From: Candidatus Sericytochromatia bacterium
Lineage (GTDB): Bacteria; Cyanobacteriota; Sericytochromatia; S15B-MN24; UBA4093
Assembly (NCBI GenBank): GCA_036676495.1
Contig: JAKFCT010000088.1
Span: 1-45,156, forward strand
Direction of reading: 5' to 3'
Length of the DNA stretch: 45,156 nt
Position 1 is the stretch's first letter. Each line of letters begins with the position of its first letter. Under the pieces are notes generated by a model that was given only the letters and a program-made list of their open reading frames with translations, searched no databases and was not told the DNA's origin. This document shows positions 18,623-27,225 of this stretch, piece by piece. Position numbers and translations under genes: made by a program.

Positions 18623-19405
18623 ATGATCCTTTCGCCCCGCGGCCTCAGCGCCATTTTCGTCGCCTTCTCGTTGCTCGCGGGATGCCAGCTGTCCAACACT
18701 CCCGGCGATACCCACGCAGAGCCGACGCCCACGCCTTCCGTGACGCTTTTGGAGAGGCTGGGCGGGGATGGACTCCTGGGCGGCAGCCTGCTCGAGCAGC
18801 CACACCTGGAGGTTGTCGGGACCCTTTCCTCAAGCTGGATCTGGGACGATCGCGGCACCGGGGCCAAGAAAGACGTCTCGATCTGGCGCCCTCAGGGACC
18901 CAGCGACTACGCCTTCATCGGCGACTTCGCCCATGGGTCGCATGCGAAACCGACCTTCACTTACAACTACGAGTATTTGGGTCCAACCGTGCTAAACCCT
19001 CTCATCCTAGTCAAGGCCGTCAACGAGGATCCCGCCAATCCGCTGCTCAAAGCCCCCGTCGATTACGAACTCGCTTGGGACTCAAAACGCACGGGAGCCA
19101 GGGCGGACGGGAGCATCTGGATACCGGTCGCGCCTCCAGGCTACGTGACCATCGGGGCGGTGGCGACGACCGGCTACGAGAAGCCTTCGCTCGAGACCTA
19201 CCGGTGCGTGCGCGAGGACCTCTGCGAGAGGAAGGACTACGGCGACCTGATCTGGGATGACATAGGCTCAGGCGCTCGCAGGGATGTCGTCTTGTTCGGC
19301 ACTCCGGCTGTCCGGGAAGGCTTCATTGCCTCGCCCAATCACACTCGCCCCGTACTGGGCTGGGTCCTCAAGAGGTCGACCGAGACCCACGGCGTCGATT
19401 ATTAG
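18623..19405 (+). CDS. Vps62/DUF946-like repeat lipoprotein
   Basis: Lipobox LAGC; three repeats: WDDRGTGAKKDVSIW, WDSKRTGARADGSIW, WDDIGSGARRDVVLF; PPGYVTIG. Confidence 0.75.
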   Translation: MILSPRGLSAIFVAFSLLAGCQLSNTPGDTHAEPTPTPSVTLLERLGGDGLLGGSLLEQPHLEVVGTLSSSWIWDDRGTGAKKDVSIWRPQGPSDYAFIGDFAHGSHAKPTFTYNYEYLGPTVLNPLILVKAVNEDPANPLLKAPVDYELAWDSKRTGARADGSIWIPVAPPGYVTIGAVATTGYEKPSLETYRCVREDLCERKDYGDLIWDDIGSGARRDVVLFGTPAVREGFIASPNHTRPVLGWVLKRSTETHGVDY

Positions 19406-19414
19406 AGCCGCAGG

Positions 19415-19462
19415 GCCACCGACACTCCCCATTCGACCCGCTTGCGGGCGGGCGCATGCTCG
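19415..19462 (-). repeat. Diverged 48-bp copy of an internal hutI segment (20012-20059)
   Basis: 42/48 identities by manual alignment. Confidence 0.8.
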
Positions 19463-19604
19463 CGGCGGCCATGAAGCGGGTCGAATCGATGACAGCGCGG
19501 ACGCGTCGACACCAGCGCCTGAGCCTGCCGCTGCCGATCACCCGACATCCGGTTGATGCCCTCGGTGGCCTCGACGAGCTGCACGCGAAAACCGTCCCCT
19601 TGAT

Positions 19605-19657
19605 GCGAAAGTAGGCCCTCTTTCACCCGAAACGGGTGAAAGAGGGCCTACTTTCGC
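19605..19657. terminator. 25-bp perfect-stem hairpin downstream of hutI
   Basis: GCGAAAGTAGGCCCTCTTTCACCCG-AAA-CGGGTGAAAGAGGGCCTACTTTCGC. Confidence 0.7.
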
Positions 19658-19692
19658 GCTCGCTTTGCGTTTTCTTGGCTACAGGAGCCGCC

Positions 19693-20991
19693 TCAGGAGA
19701 CCGGCTGCGCTTCCGGCCGGGCTTCGCGCCGGTGGACGACCTTGCCGAGCTTGACGACCGTGTCCACCAGGTTGATCCCCATGCGGTAGGGGACCATCCG
19801 GTAGTCGCCGGCGTTCCAGACGACCATGTCAGCCTGCTTGCCGACCTCCAAGCTGCCCACCCGGTGGCCCCGCCCGACGGCATGGGCCGCGTTGCGGGTC
19901 ACGGCCACCCAGGCCTCCTGGGGCGTGAGCTTGAGCTGCGTGACCGCCAGGCTCATCATCAGGGGCAGGGACTCCGAGAAGCATGAGCCGGGGTTGAAGT
20001 CGGTCGCCACCGCCACCGGCACTCCCAGCTCGACCATCTTGCGGGCGGGCGCATGCTCGGCCATGCCGAGGAAGACGCCGGTGCCGGGCAGGAGGACGGC
20101 GACGACGCCGGCCTCCGCCATGGCCGCGAGCCCGTCGAGGTTGGCGCAATGCAGGTGATCCGCCGAAACGGCCCCCAGCTTGGCGGCAAGGGCCGCGCCG
20201 CCGGTGTCGACCAGCTCGTCGGCATGCAGCTTGGCTCCCAGGCCGTTGGCCTGAGCGGCCCTGAGGATCCGCTCGGTCTGCTCGGGGGTGAAGACGCCCT
20301 TCTCGCAGAAGACGTCGCAGAAGCGCGCGAGGCCCCGGATGGAGATCTTGGGGATGGCGTCCTCGACCAGCCAGGTCACGAAGGCCTCGGGGTCGGTGTC
20401 GCGCGGGACGGCGTGGGCTCCCATGAAGGTGGGGACCACGTCCACCGGATGACGGCGCGAGAGCTCCATGAGCACCTCGAGCTGCTTGACCTCGGTGTCG
20501 AAGTCGAGCCCGTAGCCGGACTTGGCTTCCACGGTGGTGGCGCCGTGCTCGAGCATGGTCTGGAGGCGGCCCTTGGCGAGCTCCAGCAGCTCGGCCTTGG
20601 AGGCCTCGCGGGTGGCGCGGACCGTGGAGTGGATGCCGCCGCCGGAGGCATGGATCTCGGCGTAGGAGGCGCCCTTGGCCCGCAGCTCGAACTCGCGCTC
20701 GCGGGTGCCGGCGAAGACCAGGTGCGTGTGGGAGTCCACCAGGCCCGGCGAGACGATCTTGCCGCGGGCGTCGATCGTGACGATGTCCGGATCCTCCTGG
20801 ACCTGGGCCAGGATCTCCTCGGTGGGGCCGATGGCCACGATCACGCCGTCGAGGCAGGCGATCGCCGCATCCTCGATCAGGCCGATCCGCCCCTGATCCG
20901 CCCCCGCGAAGGGAGCGGCGGGATCGGCGCCCTCGGCGGGCGCCATGGTGAGCAACTGCTCGGCGTGAACGATGATCAGATCCGCGCGCAT
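19693..20991 (-). CDS. hutI: Imidazolonepropionase
   Basis: PGLVDSHTHLVFAG, EAKSGYGL, DVFCE, KLHADEL, ATDFNPG motifs. Confidence 0.95.
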   Translation of the reverse strand: MRADLIIVHAEQLLTMAPAEGADPAAPFAGADQGRIGLIEDAAIACLDGVIVAIGPTEEILAQVQEDPDIVTIDARGKIVSPGLVDSHTHLVFAGTREREFELRAKGASYAEIHASGGGIHSTVRATREASKAELLELAKGRLQTMLEHGATTVEAKSGYGLDFDTEVKQLEVLMELSRRHPVDVVPTFMGAHAVPRDTDPEAFVTWLVEDAIPKISIRGLARFCDVFCEKGVFTPEQTERILRAAQANGLGAKLHADELVDTGGAALAAKLGAVSADHLHCANLDGLAAMAEAGVVAVLLPGTGVFLGMAEHAPARKMVELGVPVAVATDFNPGSCFSESLPLMMSLAVTQLKLTPQEAWVAVTRNAAHAVGRGHRVGSLEVGKQADMVVWNAGDYRMVPYRMGINLVDTVVKLGKVVHRREARPEAQPVS

Positions 20992-20992
20992 C

Positions 20993-22708
20993 TTACTCCT
21001 CCATCGGGATGCGGACGCCCTTGGCGCGCGCGGTGGCGATCGCCTCGGGGTAACCCGCGTCCACGTGCCGGATCACGCCCATGCCGGGATCGCTGGTCAG
21101 CACCCGCTCCAGGCGCTTGTCCGCCTCGGGCGTGCCGTCCGCCACGATCACCATGCCGGAGTGCTGCGAGAAGCCGATGCCCACGCCGCCGCCGTGGTGG
21201 AGGCTGACCCAGGAGGCGCCGCCCACCGCGTTGACCATGGCGTTGAGGAAGACCCAGTCCGAGACGGCGTCGGTGCCGTCCTTCATGCCTTCGGTCTCGC
21301 GGTTGGGCGAGGCCACCGAGCCGCAGTCGAGGTGGTCGCGGCCGATGACGATCGGCGCGGAGACCTCGCCGGCCGCCACCAGATCGTTGATCCGGCGGCC
21401 CAGCTTGGCGCGGTCGCCGTAGCCCAGCCAGCAGATGCGGGCGGGAAGGCCCTGGAACTGGACTTGTTCGCCGGCCAGCTTGATCCAGCGGCAGAGCTCG
21501 GTGTTGTCGGAGAATTCGTCGAGGATCAGCGCGTCGATCCGGGCGATGTCCGCGGGATCCCCCGAGAGGGCGGCCCAGCGGAAGGGGCCCTTGCCCTCGC
21601 AGAAGAGAGGGCGGATGTAGGCGGGCACGAAGCCGGGGTAGCGGAAGGCGTCCGTGACGCCCTCGTCCTTGGCGACCTGGCGGAGGTTGTTGCCGTAGTC
21701 GAAGGCGATCGACCCGGCGTCCATCATCGAGAGGATGCCCCGGACGTGCATGGCCATCGAGGCCTTGGCGAGCTTGATCAGGCGCTCGGGCTCCTGCTCG
21801 CGCATGGCGGCGGCGACCTTCATGCTCATGCCGGCCGGAAGGTAGCCGGTCAGGGGATCATGCGCGGAGGTCTGGTCCGTGACGACGTCCGGGATCACCC
21901 CGTTGGCGACCATCTGGGGGATCACCTCGGCGGCGTTGCCCTTGAGCGCGATGGAGAGGGGACGGCCCTGGGCCTGCGCCTCGCGCGCCATGGCGACCGC
22001 CGAGTCGAGATCCTTGGCCTCGACCATGCAGTAGCCCTTCTCGATGCGGCGGGCGATCCGGGTGGGATCGACCTCGATCGCGATGACCACGCCCTCGTTC
22101 ATCGTGACGGCCAGCGGCTGGGCTCCGCCCATGCCGCCGAGGCCCGCGGTGACGACCAGGCGGCCCTTGAGGGTGCCGTCGTAGTGCTTGCGGGCAAGGG
22201 CGGCGAAGGTTTCGTAGGTGCCTTGAAGGATGCCCTGGGTCCCGATGTAGATCCACGAGCCCGCGGTCATCTGCCCGAACATCATGAGGCCCTCGGCCTC
22301 GAGCCGGCGGAACTCCTCCCAGGTGGCCCAGTGGGGCACGAGGTTGGAGTTGGCGATGAGCACGCGGGGAGCGTCCGCATGGGTCTTGAAGACGCCGACC
22401 GGCTTGCCGGACTGGACGAGCAGGGTCTCGTCGTTCTCAAGAGCCAGGAGGGCCTTGGCGATCTGGCGCAGGGCAGGCCAGTTGCGGGCGGCCTTGCCGG
22501 ATCCTCCGTAGACCACCAGTTCCTCGGGGTGCTCGGCGACTTCGGGGTCGAGGTTATTGAGCATCATGCGCAGAGCCGCTTCCTGGATCCAGCCCTTGGC
22601 GTGGGGCCGGGTCCCGCGGGGAGCGCGCAGGGTCATCCGCTCCTGGCCCTCGAGAAGGGCGCTCAGGTCGGCGGGAAGGGTCGGGGTCAAACTCAGCGTC
22701 ATGGGCAC
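20993..22708 (-). CDS. hutU: Urocanate hydratase
   Basis: [49 protein letters not shown] motifs. Confidence 0.97.
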   Translation of the reverse strand: MPMTLSLTPTLPADLSALLEGQERMTLRAPRGTRPHAKGWIQEAALRMMLNNLDPEVAEHPEELVVYGGSGKAARNWPALRQIAKALLALENDETLLVQSGKPVGVFKTHADAPRVLIANSNLVPHWATWEEFRRLEAEGLMMFGQMTAGSWIYIGTQGILQGTYETFAALARKHYDGTLKGRLVVTAGLGGMGGAQPLAVTMNEGVVIAIEVDPTRIARRIEKGYCMVEAKDLDSAVAMAREAQAQGRPLSIALKGNAAEVIPQMVANGVIPDVVTDQTSAHDPLTGYLPAGMSMKVAAAMREQEPERLIKLAKASMAMHVRGILSMMDAGSIAFDYGNNLRQVAKDEGVTDAFRYPGFVPAYIRPLFCEGKGPFRWAALSGDPADIARIDALILDEFSDNTELCRWIKLAGEQVQFQGLPARICWLGYGDRAKLGRRINDLVAAGEVSAPIVIGRDHLDCGSVASPNRETEGMKDGTDAVSDWVFLNAMVNAVGGASWVSLHHGGGVGIGFSQHSGMVIVADGTPEADKRLERVLTSDPGMGVIRHVDAGYPEAIATARAKGVRIPMEE

Positions 22709-22946
22709 CTCGTTGAGCCTAATGGGCCTCGTCCGCCGAGCCCGGTACCGCCGAGCGGCGGGGGATCGGGGGCGAGGCAGCGAATCAGCATGCCGGGTTC
22801 GTCAGATTATCCCGCCATTCTACGCTCCCCGGGCGAGATCGCGCAAAGGCCGGCCGCGCGGGGCCGGCCGCGAAAGACAGGCAAGCAAGTAAGAATTAGC
22901 CCGGAGCGGGTATGAATCGCTTGGTAGCAAGCATCGAGGAGATCCC

Positions 22947-23933
22947 ATGACCCCCAAGTCCGTTCTGGTGGCCGACGCCTCCTTTCAGATCCGTCGCAAC
23001 CTCCAGCTGATCCTGCAAGCCGAGGGCTATGAGGTCCTGCTGGCGCGCAACGGACACGAGGCCCTCAATCACTGCCTGCTGCGGCAGGTCGATCTGGCCC
23101 TGGTCGATCCGGCGCTGGGGGACATCGACGGGCGTACCCTTCTCAAATGCCTGAAGCTGAACCCCCCGACCGCCCAGATTCCGGTGCTCTTCATGGCCTC
23201 GACGGTCTCGACCAAGGAAGCCCTCCATGCCATGAGCTGGGGGGCTCTGGACGTACTCATCAAGCCGATCGACACGGCGAAGCTGGTCGGGCGCGTGAGC
23301 CAGTTCATGAACCAGAGCATCATGGAAGGGCAGGTGATCTCCCTGTCCTCCGAGACCAGCCAGAACGCCTACGCCGCGCGGGTCGACGGTCGCCAGGGCG
23401 ATCGCCTCCTGGTCCGCATGCCCACCTGGCGGCCCGAGGACGAGGAGAGCTTCCTCACGGGCACGGAAGGCGAGGTCCAGTTCAAGGGGGCCGACGAGAC
23501 GATTTACCGGCAGTCGATGATCACCGGCCGGCCCGTCCAGGGCCGGCTCGAGCAGCTCGAGGTGATGCTCGACGGAGGGTACCACCGCTCCTCGCGCCGC
23601 CAGTGCATGCGCATGGACGTGGAGATCCCGCTGCGCTACCGGATCGGCCAGAGCTTCTACCGGGTGGGAACCGTGGACAACCTCTCGGGAGGCGGCATGC
23701 GCATCGCCAACGGCCCCGCCGGAGCGGCCATCGGGGAGGCGATCGCCCTGGAGCTGCGGCTCCCCCAGCAGAGCGAGCCCCTTCCGCTCGCCGGGGAGAT
23801 CGCCTGGACCCGATCCACGGACGGCTCCCAAAACGCCATGGGAATCTCCTTCAGCACGCTCTCCGCGCCGGCTCAGGCCATGCTGATCCGCTACCTCTTC
23901 TCCGAGGTGGCCCGGATCCTCCCGGACTTCTAA
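22947..23933 (+). CDS. Receiver + YcgR-like + PilZ domain protein
   Basis: N-terminal receiver fold (VLVAD, LALVD, LIKP); PilZ motifs RRQCMR and NLSGGG. Confidence 0.85.
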   Translation: MTPKSVLVADASFQIRRNLQLILQAEGYEVLLARNGHEALNHCLLRQVDLALVDPALGDIDGRTLLKCLKLNPPTAQIPVLFMASTVSTKEALHAMSWGALDVLIKPIDTAKLVGRVSQFMNQSIMEGQVISLSSETSQNAYAARVDGRQGDRLLVRMPTWRPEDEESFLTGTEGEVQFKGADETIYRQSMITGRPVQGRLEQLEVMLDGGYHRSSRRQCMRMDVEIPLRYRIGQSFYRVGTVDNLSGGGMRIANGPAGAAIGEAIALELRLPQQSEPLPLAGEIAWTRSTDGSQNAMGISFSTLSAPAQAMLIRYLFSEVARILPDF

Positions 23934-24040
23934 AATTCCCGAAATTTTTACGCAAGTTTCTGCTTCAGTTAAGGATATGTTAGGAGGAGCTCGCCCGGTG
24001 GGGGTGGAGCCGATTGATGTCCTTGAGTGAAGGAGAGCCC

Positions 24041-25273
24041 ATGCAGAACTTCAAGTCCCTTCTCGGCCTCGTGCTCGGCGCCTCGATCCTGACCGGCTGT
24101 AGCGCAGGCCTTCCCACGGGAAGCAATGGCTCCATCACCTATCAGCCCGGCTCGGTGAACCTCAACGTCTTCCGCGCGGACGGCGTCTCCAAGAAGCAGG
24201 TTCTCGTCACCTTCAAGGGCCAGGCGGATCTGAACCAGTTCCAGTCCCGCACCAAGATGCGCGTCAAGAGCGTGATCGCCCCCATCAACGCCGCCTCCGT
24301 CGAGATCTCCAGCGGCCTCAGCCCCGAGCAGGCCGTGGCCAAGCTGAAGAGCGACCCGAGCGTCGCCAGCGCCGAGTTCGACCGCGCCGTCATCATGGAC
24401 GCCGTCACGGTGAACGATCCCCAGCGCGGCAAGCAGTACGCCCTGGACGTCGTCAACGCTCCCGAAGCCTGGGGCCTCACCATGGGCAAGTCGGACGTGA
24501 CCATCGCGATCGTGGACTCGGGCGTGGACCTCGATCACCCCGACCTCAAGGCCAAGCTCATCAAGCCCAAGAGCACCGTCGACGCCACCGCCAAGGATGA
24601 CATGGGTCACGGCACCCACGTCGCGGGCATCGCGGCCGCCCTCACCAACAACAACGAAGGCATCGCCGGCCTTGCCGCCAACGCCAAGATCATGCCGGTC
24701 CGCGTGCTGGGCGGCCCCTCGGGCGGCTCGGCGGCCACCGTGGCCGAAGGCGTCATCTACGCCGCCGACAACGGCGCCGACGTCATCAACATGAGCCTCG
24801 GCTTCTACGACAAGCCCGAGGTCCTCGAGAAGGCCGTGCAGTACGCCCTCTCGAAGAACGTCGTCATCGTCGCCACCATGGGCAACAACAACATCGAGCG
24901 TCGCCGCTACCCCGCCGCCTTCGACGGCGTGATCGCGGTCGGCTCCACCGACTCCGCCGACAAGAAGTCGCAGTTCTCGAACTTCGGCGACTGGATCTCG
25001 GTCTCGGCCCCCGGCTCGGACATCATGTCGACCTTCCCCACCTACCCGGTCAGCATCGGCGGCACCAAGGGCTATGCCAGCCTCTCGGGCACCTCGATGG
25101 CCGCTCCCCTCGTCGCTGGCCTCGCGGGCCTGGTTCGCAGCCAGCACCCCAACATGGCCCCCGCGCAGGTCAAGGCCCTCCTCGAGAAGACCTCGGTCGA
25201 CCTCGGCCCCAAGGGCTTCGACAAGAACTTCGGCCACGGCCGGATCGACGCCTTCAAGGCCGTCAGCAATTAA
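24041..25273 (+). CDS. S8 subtilisin (thermitase-like) lipoprotein
   Basis: Lipobox LTGC; catalytic triad IAIVDSG, GHGTHVAG, GTSMAAP; AAGGAG RBS. Confidence 0.95.
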   Translation: MQNFKSLLGLVLGASILTGCSAGLPTGSNGSITYQPGSVNLNVFRADGVSKKQVLVTFKGQADLNQFQSRTKMRVKSVIAPINAASVEISSGLSPEQAVAKLKSDPSVASAEFDRAVIMDAVTVNDPQRGKQYALDVVNAPEAWGLTMGKSDVTIAIVDSGVDLDHPDLKAKLIKPKSTVDATAKDDMGHGTHVAGIAAALTNNNEGIAGLAANAKIMPVRVLGGPSGGSAATVAEGVIYAADNGADVINMSLGFYDKPEVLEKAVQYALSKNVVIVATMGNNNIERRRYPAAFDGVIAVGSTDSADKKSQFSNFGDWISVSAPGSDIMSTFPTYPVSIGGTKGYASLSGTSMAAPLVAGLAGLVRSQHPNMAPAQVKALLEKTSVDLGPKGFDKNFGHGRIDAFKAVSN

Positions 25274-25304
25274 GCCCTTCGCGGGCACAGCGGCCCGCAC
25301 CACC

Positions 25305-25335
25305 AAGCGGGGAGGCCCTTGGGGCCTCCCCGCTT
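25305..25335. terminator. Bidirectional terminator
   Basis: AAGCGGGGAGGCCC/GGGCCTCCCCGCTT hairpin between convergent genes. Confidence 0.75.
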
Positions 25336-25344
25336 TCTTGGTGG

Positions 25345-26031
25345 CTACTTCTTGCGCGCGAGCACCGCGGCGATCCAGTCGGGAGCGTAGAAGGGAGTGC
25401 AGCCCTTGGAGACGGGACGCGTGTCGAAGCGCCCCAGCCGCTCGCCCAGCGCGATGCAGGCCTCCCGGTACTCCGGCAGCCGGAGGGCGATCTCGACCTG
25501 GGCATAGGTCATCCTCTCCTGCTTGCGCACGGGCGCCGAGACGACCTCGGCCTCGATCGTGGCCAGGATGCCCTCGATGTCCAGGTCATCCGTCTTGCCG
25601 GCGACGATTCGCCTGACGAGAAGGCCCCAGCCCGCGCGACCGATCAGTTCCTCGGGCGACGGCATCCAGCGCAGGCGCAAGGCCTCGGCATGGGGGCTCC
25701 GGGCGATCACGTCATCGACCAGCTCATCGACCAGCAAGTAGTAGGTGAGCGGCGCCAGCATGGCGTCGAGCTCCGCCTCGGAGAGCGCGGCGGGATCCAT
25801 GATCATGGCCGCCAGCATCATGGCGTCCGCGTTCCCCGTCTCCCAGAGCTGCATGGCGAGGGCATGGTCGACCTTGATCGCCTTGGCGAGGCCGCGCAAG
25901 TCGCCGCGCTTGACGCCGAACTGAGGGTCGCCGGCTCCTTGCCGCGCGTTGATCGCGCGCACCTTCTCCGTGCCCCAGGCCTCGAGCTGGCCATAGACCG
26001 CGTCGAAGCGATACGTTTGGGCCTTCCCCAT
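25345..26031 (-). CDS. DNA alkylation repair protein (AlkD family)
   Basis: QFGVKRGDLRGLAKAIKVDHALAMQLWETGNADAMMLA and SKGCTPFYAPDWI patterns. Confidence 0.85.
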   Translation of the reverse strand: MGKAQTYRFDAVYGQLEAWGTEKVRAINARQGAGDPQFGVKRGDLRGLAKAIKVDHALAMQLWETGNADAMMLAAMIMDPAALSEAELDAMLAPLTYYLLVDELVDDVIARSPHAEALRLRWMPSPEELIGRAGWGLLVRRIVAGKTDDLDIEGILATIEAEVVSAPVRKQERMTYAQVEIALRLPEYREACIALGERLGRFDTRPVSKGCTPFYAPDWIAAVLARKK

Positions 26032-26304
26032 GACTCCCCTCCTCGTCGATTACTCCCGCGCTTGGGTGACGCGTCCGTCGTGCGAAACCAGTCTACCGCA
26101 CGGGAAGGCGGCGCGAGAACCCGGCGATCGGGCCCAGTCCGCGGAAAACCCGCTATCGAGGTTTCGCGACTTGGGGGTATGATAGGGGGGTCCGCCCTTT
26201 GGAGCGGCCCACTTCCCCGGTATTCCCCGCCCATGCCGCCTCCGGCGGTGCGGCGGCCGCCGGGAACGCGGCGCTCCTTTTTCGAAGAGGCTAAACGCAA
26301 ACCC

Positions 26305-26523
26305 ATGGCGCTCAAGGACCACCGTATCTACGTAACCTTCAACGATGGGGAGACCATCGAGCTGAATGACGATCTTCACGCCAGCCAGGGCAACCTCGTC
26401 TCCTTGCGGGAGATGGGCATGGCCGATCGCCCCAGCGGCAAGTTCCTGGTCACCCGCAAGACCGTGGAGCCGCCCCAGGTCGACGATCCCGGCTTGATCC
26501 GGTACTACCTGGAGTCGATCTAG
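26305..26523 (+). CDS. Small hypothetical protein (72 aa)
   Basis: ATG 26305 after GAGG; typical codon usage; stop abuts the next GTG. Confidence 0.65.
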   Translation: MALKDHRIYVTFNDGETIELNDDLHASQGNLVSLREMGMADRPSGKFLVTRKTVEPPQVDDPGLIRYYLESI

Positions 26524-27057
26524 GTGAGACGCGCGGCCTTCGCCGCGGGCCTGGCGATCGCCAGCGGCGCGGTCGCCAGCTTCGCGATCGCCCTCCCCGC
26601 CGAAGCCGCCCTTCAGTACACCCTGCCGGTCAGCTACCAGCGCATCGACTTCAGCGGGCAACAGACCCAGGGGGTCTTCGTTCCCCTGGTCTGGCTGCAG
26701 AGCCCGCGCCGACCGCTGGGTCTCGAAGTCGATGCCGGCTACGGCTACCTCACCGGCCCCTCGGGGGGCTTCTCGCTCGTCGGAGGGCGGCTCGCCGTCA
26801 ACCTGGGGCTCCCGCTCGAGGGCGTGATGCCCTTCGTCGGCGTCGAAGGCTACGGCTCCTACGCCCTGAGCCGGCCGACCGGCATCGCGGGCAACCCCTA
26901 CGGAGTCGCCCCCCGCGTCGGGATCAAGCTCGACCTGGGGCTGATCGAAGCCGACCTCCACGCCTCCTACGGCCCCGTCTGGGGCCTCTCGGGACCTCAG
27001 GGCGCGCTGAACGCCGAGCGGATCGACCTCGGCGGCCGCCTCCGCTTCGTTCTCTAG
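26524..27057 (+). CDS. Small outer-membrane beta-barrel protein
   Basis: Signal peptide ending AEA; alternating strands such as VMPFVGVEGYGSY and IDLGGRLRF. Confidence 0.65.
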   Translation: MRRAAFAAGLAIASGAVASFAIALPAEAALQYTLPVSYQRIDFSGQQTQGVFVPLVWLQSPRRPLGLEVDAGYGYLTGPSGGFSLVGGRLAVNLGLPLEGVMPFVGVEGYGSYALSRPTGIAGNPYGVAPRVGIKLDLGLIEADLHASYGPVWGLSGPQGALNAERIDLGGRLRFVL

Positions 27058-27225
27058 CACCCGCTTGGCAGGGCTTCGCCATCGCCGCGGTGACGAGCCC
27101 CTTGTTGCGCTAGTCGCTGGGGCTAGCGCCCGCGGCTGTTGCGAAAGGCAGCGAGCGTTAAACGAGAACCGCATGGATAGAGGCTGAATGTCAAAGCTCG
27201 CTGTCCTGCAGCAACGAAGATCGCT

